Under the pieces are notes generated by a model. That model saw only the letters and a list, made by a program, of their open reading frames with translations, searched no databases and was not told where the DNA came from. Positions 34,353 through 46,123 of a stretch of 64,000 nt of DNA are shown here, piece after piece. Every line of letters begins with the position of its first letter. Position 1 is the stretch's first letter. The translations under genes were made by a program, and so were the position numbers. The stretch is from Diplonema japonicum (taxonomy: Eukaryota > Protista > Euglenozoa: Diplonemea). The stretch covers positions 220,816-284,815 of the forward strand of contig OZ025754.1 of NCBI GenBank assembly GCA_964019335.1, written 5' to 3'.

Positions 34353-35196
34353 TGTATTTGGCCAAGGATTAGAAAATCTGTAAATGTTGAATAAGAAGAA
34401 GGGAGGGAATGGATGGGAGGGAAGTCAGACATAGGGTCTTTTCTCTTCATATTCATTCTAGAGGGAACCAGACTAGGGAAGGGGGGGGGGGGGGGGAGGA
34501 GAAAAAGGCCATCAAAAAATAATCAATTTCTTAACGTCAAGACACCACACGGCCAACCGCAGTCGGCTCCAAAGTACACGGGAGTTGTAGTCAGGCAACA
34601 CATTCTTTCTTACCAATCGAATTCATCCTTTGCAAGGGTAGTGTACTATCTCAGCTTTTTAGACCTCTATAAGCGCCACAGGTGAGAATACTATTCCTGT
34701 TCAGCCCGCTCATCCCTCTCTTTTTGTTCTCAAGCTCTCTCTGATAATGATACCTCTGCCTTCCTTTTCTTTTTTCAGTTCTGGACCAACTGTACTGCTA
34801 AAGGGAAGGAGGGAGGGGGACGAAAATACATAAACGCACTCCGATTTACCGGAAAGGGGGAGGGGGAAGGGAAAAAAAAGGGGGGAAGACAGACGGGAGG
34901 AAAGAAATAAATGTTTCCACTCGAGTGGCACTGCACAAATTAAAATATCTCATTAAGGCTTGTGAAAGACAAGAAGAAACGTAGGAGGAAAAAAAAGGAA
35001 GAAGAAGAGAGGAACTATCCATTAATGTAGGTTTCCCTTTTTTTAAAACTCCTCAAAGTCCCACCTCCCCTCCCCCTTTTTATTTTCTTCTCACAAAATA
35101 GCAATTCAAAACAGGTCCACCTAAGGGCCTCTGGAATCACCATTTAGTGAAAAACAAATCAAAAAAAAAAAAGAAAAAACTTAATTAGCTGCCCTC

Positions 35197-36099
35197 TCAC
35201 ATTTCCATGTCTGGCATGTCAAAATCGGCGAATTGGTACGGGGTACCAGACACATCCTCACTGCCGCCCATACGCCTGGCTTCCTCAAAGGACGGAAAAG
35301 GGGCAGGTCTAGCAAGCCACTCCCGGTGCTTTGAGTACATATACTTGGAACGGTACCATGGGACGATGGTGGGAGGCGACCCTGCAGGGATAACCTCGGG
35401 GAGGGAAAGGAATGAGATCCATAAGTACGCACGGGGCTCTGGGTACGTAGACGGCCCCCCACGGTGCACAATGTTGGAGTGCATGACTAACATATCACCA
35501 GCCTTGAGCAGGGCAAGCTTTGCATGGTGGCCATCTCTCTCCATCAGATGGTCTTCGCAACCTTTGCTGCAGTATGTGTCATGAAAGTCTTTTGTATGTG
35601 AAGACAGGAAGATCTCGGTGGGGCCCATTTCGACAGTGATGTCCTGCAGAGCAAGCAGGATGGAGTACATTTTGGAAGAATCTTCAATGTCGTAGTGAAA
35701 ATCTGCATGCGTGCGCTGTCTGGTGGCACCGTTGAGGTTCACCAAGCTGCATAGTTCGTAGAGTACGGAGTCCCCTCCCATGAGCGTGCTGAAGACTTTC
35801 TCGACCTTCCCCAAGGCTTTCCTTGTAGTGTTCAGAACTGGGAGCAGAAGAGGGAGTTGTACGTTGTGGTGAGTCACGCCTTCCTCTGGGAGGCCCTCTA
35901 CTACGAAATCGTAGAGCTGTTTCACTTCATCCTTTCCGGCCACCCCGTCTACCCTTGCTACGCCTGCTTCTGCGATCTCCTGAAGGATCCTCTCGTCCCC
36001 GTCCACCCCTTCCCCAAATCCCTCCATCTTCCCTGTGTTCCCCACGTCCACAGCACCCGCCACCATGCTCATCAGCAGAACACATTGCAATCGGATCAT
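35197..36099 (-). CDS. PhyH-family 2OG-Fe(II) dioxygenase with signal peptide
   Basis: QRTHAD, ALQDITVEMGPT, LKAGD...HRGG and R motifs. Likely start MIRLQC. Confidence 0.85.
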   Translation of the reverse strand: MIRLQCVLLMSMVAGAVDVGNTGKMEGFGEGVDGDERILQEIAEAGVARVDGVAGKDEVKQLYDFVVEGLPEEGVTHHNVQLPLLLPVLNTTRKALGKVEKVFSTLMGGDSVLYELCSLVNLNGATRQRTHADFHYDIEDSSKMYSILLALQDITVEMGPTEIFLSSHTKDFHDTYCSKGCEDHLMERDGHHAKLALLKAGDMLVMHSNIVHRGGPSTYPEPRAYLWISFLSLPEVIPAGSPPTIVPWYRSKYMYSKHREWLARPAPFPSFEEARRMGGSEDVSGTPYQFADFDMPDMEM

Positions 36100-36341
36100 G
36101 TTTCTTTTTCCTTTTCCCTTTTTTTTTTCTTTTTTTTTCATCTCGATTTTTCTTTTTTTTTTTTTTTTTTGGAGGTGTTAAAAAGAAAAGAAAGAAGAAG
36201 GGGGAGAAGAAAAAAAAGGATAATATGGGTGAAATAGGCCAGTGATAAACTGAAGAAGACAACGAAAGAGGAAACGTCTTTTTTTTTTTTTTTTTTTTTT
36301 TTTTTGTTCCCTTTTTTCTTCTTTTTTTTTTTTGTTTTTTT

Positions 36342-36376
<35 letters not shown>

Positions 36377-36695
36377 AATAAGAACCCCAAACCAACTACG
36401 AATAAAAGAAGAGAAGAAGAAGAAGGGAAGGGTAAAGACCCCCTAAGGAGAAGAGATAAGGACGTTTTTCTTTGTCCTGGTAGCCTCGTTCCCTCTGGTT
36501 GGCACCTTGCAAAGAAAGAAATACCATTTTATATCCCGCTTGTCCCCGAGCGACATATCTTCTGTTGGACCCCCCCCCGCGTGGTGGGAGAAGAACAAGA
36601 AGGATGTCATTTTAAACATGTAGTACCTCGGACGCAAGGGGGAAAAGAAAATGAGGACAACTTATTGAAATAATTGTACCAAAGGAAAAGCAAAT

Positions 36696-39600
36696 CTAGA
36701 GGAGGATGTGGATGGACTCGGAACGTTCCGGCGGCTCGCCATAAACATTGAGAGTGACGTAAGGGTTGCTGCACTGGGTGATGCCCTTCATGATAGGAAC
36801 GGCCCCCGAGGGGGGGGTGTTGTTTGAAGGGACCAACGGGCTGGCCTCGATAGCGGCGAGCATGGTGATGATCTCGCACATAGTGCACCGTTCAAAAGGG
36901 CTGTCGGCCCAGCAAGACAGCACCACTTTGTTCCATATCAGTTCACCCAGGGAGCTCAGGGCGTCGGGCTTCGCCGGTTTGCTGCCTTGCCTGATGGCCT
37001 TCTCGATGCTTCGAAGGCCTTCTTCATCGGCACCGACCTCCCAGAAAGGCTGCTTGCCTTCAAGCACCTCGTACACCAGACACCCGAAGGACCACACATC
37101 ATGGGTTGTCTGTGCAATCCTCCGTTCTTGAAATGACTCGGGCGGCGACCACGCAACTGGCACAGGGCTCCACACAGCACTGCCTACAGTTGACATGAAA
37201 CCCATGTCGCCTAGCTTGAAGACCTGGTTGTCATCAACAAGCACGTTCCTTGCTGCGACGTCCAGGTGCACAAGGCCCCTGTCATGGATGTACGCCAGGG
37301 CACGTGATATCCCTAGAAGCGAAAGCGCTGCCCGTTCTCTTGAAATGTCGCATTTGAAGTCCGTTAGAGCGCCGTGTGCGCAGTACTCCGTGATGAGGTA
37401 CAGCTTGTTGTCCTGCTCCGTCCACCCGTAGAAGGTCAGGATGTCCCTCTGCCGCAGCGAGCACAGCAGGTTGATCTCCTTTGTGAAGTTGTCGCTCACC
37501 GTCTGCTTCGCCTCCTTCACTGCGACAGTCTCCTTCGTCACCTCGTACAAAGCTTTGTACACGATGCCAGACATGCCCTCACCCACAGCCTCCAAGCAGG
37601 ACAGCTTTGCCCAGCTGATCCCCCCTGTGGGCAGCATCTCGACCTCTTCTTCGTTCAGTAAACGGACCGCGCCCATTTCCACAGCGTCTTTCTTTCGTCG
37701 CTTTATAGCACAGGCAATCGATATGCAGAGCAAGAGGCCGATTATGACACTGAGGAGTGGCACCATGCTGGAGGACTCCGTCGTGTCGGAATGCTCGCGT
37801 AGCACGCACTTCGCATCAGCGGAAGCGGCAGCAACAGCTATGTGCTTGAACATTCTGTACGAGTGGCCGCCCTGCAGCAAGTTGTCATTAAACGTGAACT
37901 GCCTGTCCAGCCAGAGGAGCCCTGGGGATGAGGGTGCTTGCGACCACGACCAATTCCAATCCTGCCACCTTGCAGGGATGGCAGCCAGTGCGCCAAGGGG
38001 AACGTCGTCGCCGTGGGTGTACTGCTGTAGACAGCTCGTTACGGCCGACCTACATTTGGATGCGTTCAAGCTGTTGTGCACAGCAGCAAAGACAAGCGGT
38101 GCGACGTAGAAGAACTGCGGGCAGGGGTTTTGTATACGGTTCATGATGTCGTCCGCCAGCCTAAACATCAACTGCTTGGCTGTGCTCAGCTGCTCGGCAG
38201 ATGCAGTCGCTACCTCATAGTAGTACTGCAGCGCTGGGGCTGCTTCCAGAAGGTATGAGTTAAGCTTCCGCTCACTGTACCTAGCTGGCATGTCCAGCAA
38301 CATTTTGTTGGCGGTGTCCCGGAACAGTGCCCCATAACCAGGTATGTTGTGGAAGACCTGTGCAGCTCGTGTCATGACGTCGAGCCCGCACGTGTACGGC
38401 TCGTCGGGGTCCCGGAAGCGTTCGACGAACCTAGCAGCCTCGTACAGCACATCCGCTGCCCTGTTGTCGCCTGTCATGTAGTAGTAGGTTTCAATGCCGC
38501 CTACGAAGATGTACTCCATTAAGTTTGCACTGCCGCCCCAAGGCCCGCAGCTGTGTTGGTGAAACGACCCCACAGCATGGTACGAGTTCCCTCCCGTGCC
38601 CGGCGTGCTTTTCGTCGAAGCGTAGCCACCGAAGTGCACAGCAGTGAGGTCCATGGTGTGCCGAGAGAAAGCTTCAGCGTCCACGAACGTGTCTCGCTGC
38701 TGGTCTCGCATGTACTGCACCCACAGGGCGTTGAGAGGGTCCCCCGCGTTCGCAGACCACTCGTCGTCCCACGTCCATGACCCTATCTCGTTCCCTTTGA
38801 AGCTCCGCCGCACCCCACCGTACACGTCGTGGCCGTACCATTCGAAAAGCTGTCGGTTGTACTTCATGAAGTCCGTGACCACACCCAGCGCCCTGCCTAC
38901 CTGGTACTTGCACACGCTGCTGTCCAAGTCCTCCTGGAAGACGAAGTTGCCCACACCCATGGCGGCCGAGTACCATTCGGGGTCCGCCATCAGCATCACA
39001 GTCCCTGCTTTTGCTTGCAAAGCAAGCGGCAGCAGTTCATCCGAATCAAAGGTGAGCCAATAATCGCTTGATTTTGCGACACCTTGCGCGCCGACGTTGG
39101 TGTTGTTCGTCGGGCACCTGTTCGACAGATTCCACGGAGCCACGCTTGAGGGGTACAGCTGCACGTCGATGCCCTCCTCCTCCGCCAGCAATGCCTTCGG
39201 GTGGTTCCGCGCCATGTCTCGCAACACGACACCCACGAATGCAGACCCATCGCTTTTGCCAGCTGTGCCCAGTGTAGCAGCAGTCCTAGACAGTCGACTT
39301 CCGTTTCTATTCGTTACAGCGTATGCACTGTATGAGTACTGTAGCAGCTCTGCTTCGACAGCCGTCACAACGCCATTGAGTGTAGTGCTTGTCATGGAGG
39401 GGAGGACTGGCAAGCGCATGCCATAGCCGGAGAGGAGACTGTTGGTTCCATCGCCCGTGTGGACGTACGTGTGCGTCACTTTGATGTACCGCCCGTTTCG
39501 GTAGAAGCGGAGTCGTGTGATGAAGGTGCCCTCATAATCCCCGTCGGCGTTGATGTGGGTGCCGGAGACCTTCACCGATGCTGTGATGTTGTTCTGGTCT

Positions 39601-40250
39601 TCCACGACAACCTGTAGATTGTATGGGTGGTAGTTGTTGAAGCTGGAGCCATCTTGGCTGCGCACGTAGACGTCCATGGGGCTGCCAGGAGCAGGTGGGT
39701 CTTGATCATGACGCAGCAACGACCCATAAAAGGTTCCATTGGTTATGACCCATGGTCCGCGGAGGTGCTCGGCACCTGGTTCAGGTGGAGAGATGAGTTG
39801 GGAACCGTCACGGAGAAGCACTTGGTGCAGCACGCCGCCGTAGGTTTTGGGAACTTCGACTTGCAAGGTGTTCGTTACGATGGTTACCATGTCTGAGTTG
39901 TCTGTGATGGTGATGCCGTGCACTTGACGGGGCTGCGCATAGCGACACAAGGTCACCTTGCCATTACTTGTTTGGCTGCTCATCTCAACATCAAGAAGCA
40001 CCCACCTCACACTTCCATCCGACCACGCGGCAGCACTCCTCCACTGTGCCGCCCATTCTGTCCCTTCTGTTCGAATACCCAGCACGTCTCCCTCAAACAC
40101 AGTGCCCTTCTGCACCGGTACACCGCTTCTGATGTATCGCTGTACCATGTCGCCATCCATGCCCACGATGCCTAAAACTACCAGTGGCTCGCATGTGTCT
40201 GCCGCCTTCACGAAGCACAATAGTACTAGACCTATGGCATGGATACACAT
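36696..40250 (-). CDS. Receptor kinase: YetA/PcRGLX (PL26)-like ectodomain + TM + tyrosine-kinase-like domain
   Basis: Signal peptide; GVPVQKG...WSDGSVRWVLL N-terminus and YYYMTGDNRA toroid; TM VIIGLLLCISIACAI; GEGMSG, VAVK, HLDVAARN, DMG, PVAWSPPE and DVWSFG. Confidence 0.82.
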   Translation of the reverse strand: MCIHAIGLVLLCFVKAADTCEPLVVLGIVGMDGDMVQRYIRSGVPVQKGTVFEGDVLGIRTEGTEWAAQWRSAAAWSDGSVRWVLLDVEMSSQTSNGKVTLCRYAQPRQVHGITITDNSDMVTIVTNTLQVEVPKTYGGVLHQVLLRDGSQLISPPEPGAEHLRGPWVITNGTFYGSLLRHDQDPPAPGSPMDVYVRSQDGSSFNNYHPYNLQVVVEDQNNITASVKVSGTHINADGDYEGTFITRLRFYRNGRYIKVTHTYVHTGDGTNSLLSGYGMRLPVLPSMTSTTLNGVVTAVEAELLQYSYSAYAVTNRNGSRLSRTAATLGTAGKSDGSAFVGVVLRDMARNHPKALLAEEEGIDVQLYPSSVAPWNLSNRCPTNNTNVGAQGVAKSSDYWLTFDSDELLPLALQAKAGTVMLMADPEWYSAAMGVGNFVFQEDLDSSVCKYQVGRALGVVTDFMKYNRQLFEWYGHDVYGGVRRSFKGNEIGSWTWDDEWSANAGDPLNALWVQYMRDQQRDTFVDAEAFSRHTMDLTAVHFGGYASTKSTPGTGGNSYHAVGSFHQHSCGPWGGSANLMEYIFVGGIETYYYMTGDNRAADVLYEAARFVERFRDPDEPYTCGLDVMTRAAQVFHNIPGYGALFRDTANKMLLDMPARYSERKLNSYLLEAAPALQYYYEVATASAEQLSTAKQLMFRLADDIMNRIQNPCPQFFYVAPLVFAAVHNSLNASKCRSAVTSCLQQYTHGDDVPLGALAAIPARWQDWNWSWSQAPSSPGLLWLDRQFTFNDNLLQGGHSYRMFKHIAVAAASADAKCVLREHSDTTESSSMVPLLSVIIGLLLCISIACAIKRRKKDAVEMGAVRLLNEEEVEMLPTGGISWAKLSCLEAVGEGMSGIVYKALYEVTKETVAVKEAKQTVSDNFTKEINLLCSLRQRDILTFYGWTEQDNKLYLITEYCAHGALTDFKCDISRERAALSLLGISRALAYIHDRGLVHLDVAARNVLVDDNQVFKLGDMGFMSTVGSAVWSPVPVAWSPPESFQERRIAQTTHDVWSFGCLVYEVLEGKQPFWEVGADEEGLRSIEKAIRQGSKPAKPDALSSLGELIWNKVVLSCWADSPFERCTMCEIITMLAAIEASPLVPSNNTPPSGAVPIMKGITQCSNPYVTLNVYGEPPERSESIHILL

Positions 40251-40703
40251 TAAGGGATACACCTGTAGTGGGCATCAGAAAACAATAATGTTACAAGGAA
40301 ATACAATTTTCTTTTTTGGGTCTGGTCTTCGGGGGTAAGCTGTTGGAAAAAAAAAAAAAAAATCGGGGGTCACCTGGCACTTGGGGATAGCTATGTGGGC
40401 CGGGCGCGAAGGAGGAGCAGGAGGAAGGAACCAGTTTTTTCTTCAACTCTTTTTTTGGGGAGCAGGTCAAGGGGGGAGGCAAGTATAAGTTAAGCTAATA
40501 CACTTCTTTCGTTTAACAGCCTTTCTGTTGTTCCTCCGTCAAGAGGGGAAATATCTCAAGAAAAGAGGGGCGGGGAAATGCTTGAAGGAGATGAAAAAAA
40601 ACAACCAGAAAAAGCAGGATAGATTGAAGACAAGAAAACACTTTTGGTACTCTTTTTTTCCTTTCTTTCACACGGATCTATTCTTGTCTTCCTTCTCACT
40701 ACT

Positions 40704-42319
40704 TTATTGCCTTAACTTTTCAAACTCCTCGGGGAGAGGAAAGCTCTTGTTGGCTTTGACTGCCTGAAGGGAGGTGCATCCTTCCAAGAAGCTATGGCCG
40801 ATGCTTGTGATGTTGGAAAGCGGTGTGAGATCGACAACCTGAAGGGAGGTACACCCTTCCAAGAAGTCGTAGTCGATGTTGGTGATGTTGGAAAGCGGTG
40901 GGAAATTGACGGCCTGAAGGGAGGTGCACCCTTTCAAGAACCTACCGCCGAAGCTGGTGATCTTGGAAAGCGGTGTGAGATCGACAACCTGAAGGGAGGT
41001 GCACCCTTCCAAGAAGTCGTTGTCGATGCTGGTGATGTTGGAAAGCGGTGTGAGATCGACAGCCTGAAGGGAGGTGCACCCTTTCAAGAACCAAATGCCG
41101 ATGCTGGTGATGTTGGAAAGCGGTGAAAGATCGACAACCTGAAGGGAGGTGCACCCTTCCAAGAAGCCTTGGCTGATGCTGGTGATGTTGGAAAGCGGCG
41201 CTAGATCGACAGCCTGAAGGGAGGTGCACCCATACAAGAAGTTGAAGTCGATGTGGGTGATGTTGGAAAACGGTGTGAGATCGACAGCCTGAAGGGAGGT
41301 GCACCCAAACAAGAAGCTAAAGCCGATGCTCGTGATGTTGGAAAGCTGTGCGAAATCGACAGCCTGAAGGGAGGTGCACAAAGACAAGAGGTTTTTGCCG
41401 ATGGTGATAGACCCTGGCCCTGTCACGGTGGGCAGTGAGTCGAGAGAGAAGCTGAGTGACCTCAGCCGACAAGAGGTCCTGTCTTTGTATTTGCTTGCCA
41501 GGAAGTTATCAGCGATGTTGCCCCGTACGCCCTTCAGCACCACGTGTTCAAAGCCCAACACAATGGGGACGTACCTCTCATCCACATGAACCAGGGAAGC
41601 CCATGTGAAGTCAATCACCAAGAACGGTGGACGTTCCACCAGCTTATCAAGCAACTGAAGCTCGTCGTGCTTCACCACCACCTGCATCTTTCCCATCATT
41701 CCCAAGAACCCCTCCATGCCTTCTTCCCACTCCACAACGAGGCCCTTCCTCTTCACTTCTTCCTCTGAGGTGAGCTGGCTTCCATTCTTCAAGGCTGCAA
41801 CGGGATGATGCTGATGTTGGTTCGGATCGTGGTGGTGGTCGATGTTGTTGTTCTTGTTGTTGGTCGTCATCATCATCATCGTTGTCGTCGTCATCGCAGG
41901 TGGAGTCGTCAGCACAGACAGAACCTCAGAAGCGGTCGGGCGTTTCGAAGGGTCCTCGCAGAGGAGGCGCAGCAGCAGGGTTCCCACCGACTCCCCCACG
42001 AGCTTTGGGAGGCGTCTTTCCAGCTCACCCATCACAAGGACCCGGTTCATCTTCAGGTACTTCAGAAACCACTCCCTCAGCTTCTCATCCTCCAGGACGG
42101 CGAAGCACACGGTCACCCCGAGGGCCCACATGTCCACCTTGTTGGTGTACGGACCTACAAAGTCGGGTCCCATGAAGGCGGGGGTTCCCACAACGCTGTC
42201 GGCGGTCGCTCCAGAAAAATTATGGATCATGCTGCTGCTGCTGCTGCTACCACTTGCACCAACAACAGCCCTCGACAGTCCCAGGTCAGCCAGAACGAAC
42301 CTCGTCTTCCCTTCAGAGG

Positions 42320-42356
<37 letters not shown>

Positions 42357-42812
42357 GCTGTTGCTGTCGTCCACCATGATGTTCTGAGGCTTCACGTCCC
42401 TGTGGATCCAACCCTTCCCGTGCAAGTAGGCCAGCGCCTCAGCCACCTCCCGCAAGAGCCTCACTGCCTTCTCTTGAGAGAGGGGTCCCTCCCTCTCCAG
42501 GAGCTTCTGCAGGTCCCCTCCAGTGTACAAGGGCATCACGATGTGGAGCTCCCACTGCGTCACCCCAGGAACCAGCTGCCCTGTCGTCCCGAAGTAGTCC
42601 ACACACGGGACCACATTCCTGTGCTTCAGCTGCAGCATGTTCTCTACCTCCTTCACCCCCCTTGTGTAGTCCTCCTTCGTCGCCGCCTTCACAACCTTCA
42701 TCGCGAACTCCTTCCCGTCAACCTCCCTCACAGCCATGTAAACAGACCCCTGGCCCCCTGACCCGAGGTGCTTCCCTTTCTTGTACTTCAAAAGGTTCTG
42801 CATTTCCTGCAT
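40704..42812 (-). CDS. Kinase-LRR paralog 2 (9 LRRs, linker domain absent)
   Basis: Kinase near-identical to paralog 1; nine 25-aa LRR units. Confidence 0.9.
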
Positions 42813-43245
42813 CTTTTCTTGTTTTAGTATGTTCTTTTTTTAGTAAATTCTGTGTGATGGATTTCTCCCCCCCCCCCCCCCCCAAGAGTTTTTTAAGCCC
42901 CATATTCGCTAAGTGACCCGCCCTATGTCTCAAAGGGATTACAGGGGGCTATAGGGGAAAAAATGTCAAAAATGCCCAAAGGTTCATTGAATTTTTTTTT
43001 CCAAAAAATCCATATGTCGAACATGAAAGAACGGTGAGTTCCAAGGAAGTTCCAAAAAAAATTTGGCAAAAAAAAATTTTTGGGGGCAAACCAAAATGAC
43101 CTTGGAAGTCGCCATTTTGAGTTTTGGCCATTTTTACAAACTTTTGCACCTGGGCACTTTTCCCTTTGAAAAACATGGTTAACAGGGTTCGATCCCAGAA
43201 GCCAGCATCTTCCTGACCAGTAGTTCAGCGGAAAATATTTGGAAG

Positions 43246-43323
43246 GCCAGGGTGGTCTAGTTGGGAGGGCTTTGCCCTGCACCTAGGCGAAGCGGGTTCG
43301 AACCCCACTCCGGCGGATTTTTT
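43246..43323 (+). ncRNA. Degenerate tRNA-like Pol III unit inside the transposon left arm
   Basis: A box TGGTCTAGTTGG, B box GGTTCGAACCC, imperfect acceptor stem GCCAGGG/CTCCGGC, then a T-run. Confidence 0.5.
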
Positions 43324-43475
43324 AGGTACACCAGGAGGAGCCTGTACCGGTATTTCTGCTTTTGTAAGCTTGTGGGAGTCTAGTTGAGAAAAGTGCGGTT
43401 TTTGAGGGAAGGACAGCTCTTAACATTGCAAGATTGTTAGTTGTTAGAGAGTAAAAGCATAATAGGGGGTGTAAA

Positions 43476-45841
43476 ATGGTTTTCAGTGCCCGTATCTGTA
43501 GAGACTGCAAGAAGACATCGGATGAGGTGACCCTCCTCTCCACAAATTGCGTTCCGCAGAACATGGTCGAGTTTCTGCGCCTGCCTCAACCCCGAGGCAA
43601 TAATAAAAGCCAGGCGGCGCAAAAGCGAAAGAGGAAGCGGGAGGCGGAAGAGCCAGCCGGGGATGAGGGAGTACTGTGCGAGGCGTGTGCTGGGAAAGCT
43701 GTGCTCAAACGGAAAGAGTGCGTTGCCTTCTATTTCGGGTGCCGAGATAGGGTAAAATGCAACGGCAACGCTGCGACCCACGGGCATGTGTCCATCGGGT
43801 GGCCGAGCTGGCTTGAGGAAGGACCGCTGTGCTCTCGTCATTACAACATGAAAGAGCAGAAAAATACAGCTGCAGGGAGGAAGAAGCGGAACAGCGGGGC
43901 AAAAAAGGCGCATATCCGTGAACAGAGCCTCGCAGATTACGCTGTTGAACAGTTGTATCAACAGGAGAGTGCTCTGTACGACGAGACCAGCCGCAAGACT
44001 CGTAACTGCATGACGGCTTTGCTGGCCCGTGCAAAAAAGCACTTCTTAGCCGAATCCCCTAACGGGCGCCCCCTTCGTATCCCCGCACGTGTCCGAAGGC
44101 GAATCAACCGCTGGCGTGACACTCGATTTCGGAATGATAAGTACTCGTTTCTCGCAAGCCCCGTCACAGGGCTCACCATAAACGAACTCGTGAAGCAGTT
44201 TTGGAGCGAGAACGTCTGGGAGGATGACTGGCGTACGACCTGTGGAAAGAAGGGAGAGAAACATGTAAAGTGTTACCCCCTGCAACCTCCCAAAATGCTT
44301 CACGATAAGTTTATTGCGAAGTATCCTCTTGAGAACAGCCCCCGTCGAAGCAAGCTTGTTTCGTACTCCTATTTCCTCAAGTCCCGTCCCAGCTACGTTG
44401 TCCTGAAACTTCCGAAGGGTGGCCACTACTGCCCCATACGAATACAGGCAGAGCTCCTCATCCGCGACCTCCGCGCTCACCCCGGTCTTGCCGGCCTGCC
44501 AAGGAAGCCCTCTGAGTTCCTCGCCACCATTCTCTGTTGAGAGCTTTGGTCCCGATTGGCTGCCTTCCGCAAAGTGTGCTGCACAGCTCTGCGACAGTTG
44601 CCGCGAGTTAAGAACATTCGACTCGTCGATTATGGGGACCGACACAGATCCGGCCGTCATCACGAAGTACAAACGGGTGGAGATGACGGGGCAGAAGGGA
44701 AAGAAGGTTGTGGTGACCTCCGAAGAAGGTACCGTAGGGGAGTTTGTGCAGGAACTGAAGAGACAGATGCGCCTCTACGCCGTCCACCACAGGGCAACGT
44801 GCCTACAGTCCAAATGGCATAGTCATTTGAAAGCGACGTTGCCTGTGGGGCAGAAATTATTTCTGCTGGACTATAGTGCACGGTATAATTTCCTGTCACG
44901 TGGTGGTTCGGCTAGCGCTAACTGGTGCACTGCCCAAGCTGCTGTCCTCGTGGTTGTTCGAGTGCAGAGGGAGGAGAACGGATTGATCACGTATCATACG
45001 ACCTACTTCATTTCTGATCACATGAAGCAGGATCACGTATGGACCATCACCGCTCGGGCGCCTGAAGGAGGAGTTCCCCAGTGATGCGACAACCCATATC
45101 TTTACTGATGGTGGTCCTCACTTCAAGTGCAGGCATGTGCTTGCCTGGTTGGCGGGGCTGGACAGGAAGGTGGTATGGAACTTCTTTTCCACCACCCACG
45201 GGAAGGGCCTCTACGACTCAGAGGGAGGGGCCCTCAAGCACCATGTGGACAACAAACGCTCCTACTTCAAGGAAAAACAGGCCGGAGAAATCATAACTAA
45301 CCCCAGCCCTCTCATTGAGAATGCACGGGACATGTATGATGAGGCCACGAAGTGGTGCAAAGTCCCCCCAAGGAAGAAATGCGACAACCGCGTCACCAGT
45401 CGCAACTGCGTGTTCCTCGAGTCTGGACGGGATTTCATGGAGGGGGCATCTGTGGTGTCTAGTAGGAAGTTTCCTGGCATCCGTGGGCACCACCAGTTCA
45501 GGTCTGAACCCTTACAGAAGAGCATCAAGGCATTCCTCACCAGTTGCTTTTGTCTCTCTTGCAAGGAACTGGATTTCGAGAACTGCATCGCGACCCCCGA
45601 GACGTGGAAGCCAGAGCCTCAGGAAACTCGCCGTGGTTCGCATGCGCAGACTGCTCAGGAGTCCGACGACCAGCCTGACGACGGAACGGAGACAGACTAC
45701 GAAACAAGTAGTACCTCCTCCTCCTCCTCCTCCTCCTCCTCCTCCTCTTCCTGCTCTTCTACTTCGGGTGGTGAGTGTGTCAGAACGCTTGACGTTGAAG
45801 CGTCTGAAGAAACAACAGATTTTTCTGGTGACCCAGAATAG
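43476..45841 (+). pseudogene. Sola2-type DDD transposase with two frameshifts (~44535, ~45052)
   Basis: LDYSARY, FTDGGPHFK and WNFFSTTHGKGLYDSEGGALK lie across three frames; C-terminal CFCLSC. Confidence 0.82.
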
Positions 45842-46034
45842 TGAGTCCCCCCACTCTTCAGTGTTAGTGTTCTAGTTTCTTTCATCATTATTCTGTGTTT
45901 ATTTCATCACAGGCATTAATGGGCTGAGGCACGTCGTGAGTGTGCAGTGGGGGATTTGCGGTGTGGAAAGTAGGGAACTTACATCATCCACTATGCTGGA
46001 TGCGTGAGTGAAGATGGGGGTCAGAGTTTTGAAT

Positions 46035-46123
46035 TCCTGTGTGGTAGAGTGGTTACCGTGCTCACCTTTCAGGCCCCCTTGTTCCAGGAGTCGCGGGTTC
46101 GAATCCCGACGCAGTGGTTTTTT
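46035..46123 (+). ncRNA. Degenerate tRNA-like Pol III unit inside the transposon right arm
   Basis: A box TGGTAGAGTGG, T-arm CGGGTTCGAATCCCG, then a T-run. Confidence 0.5.

Noticed and set aside
40760-41410. Conserved/variable 75-bp periodicity as a CRISPR array or DGR
   Set aside because: These are in-frame coding LRR units with no unique spacers, cas genes or template/variable repeat pair.
43246-43317. Functional tRNA gene
   Set aside because: 9-nt anticodon loop and stem mismatches; kept only as tRNA-like.
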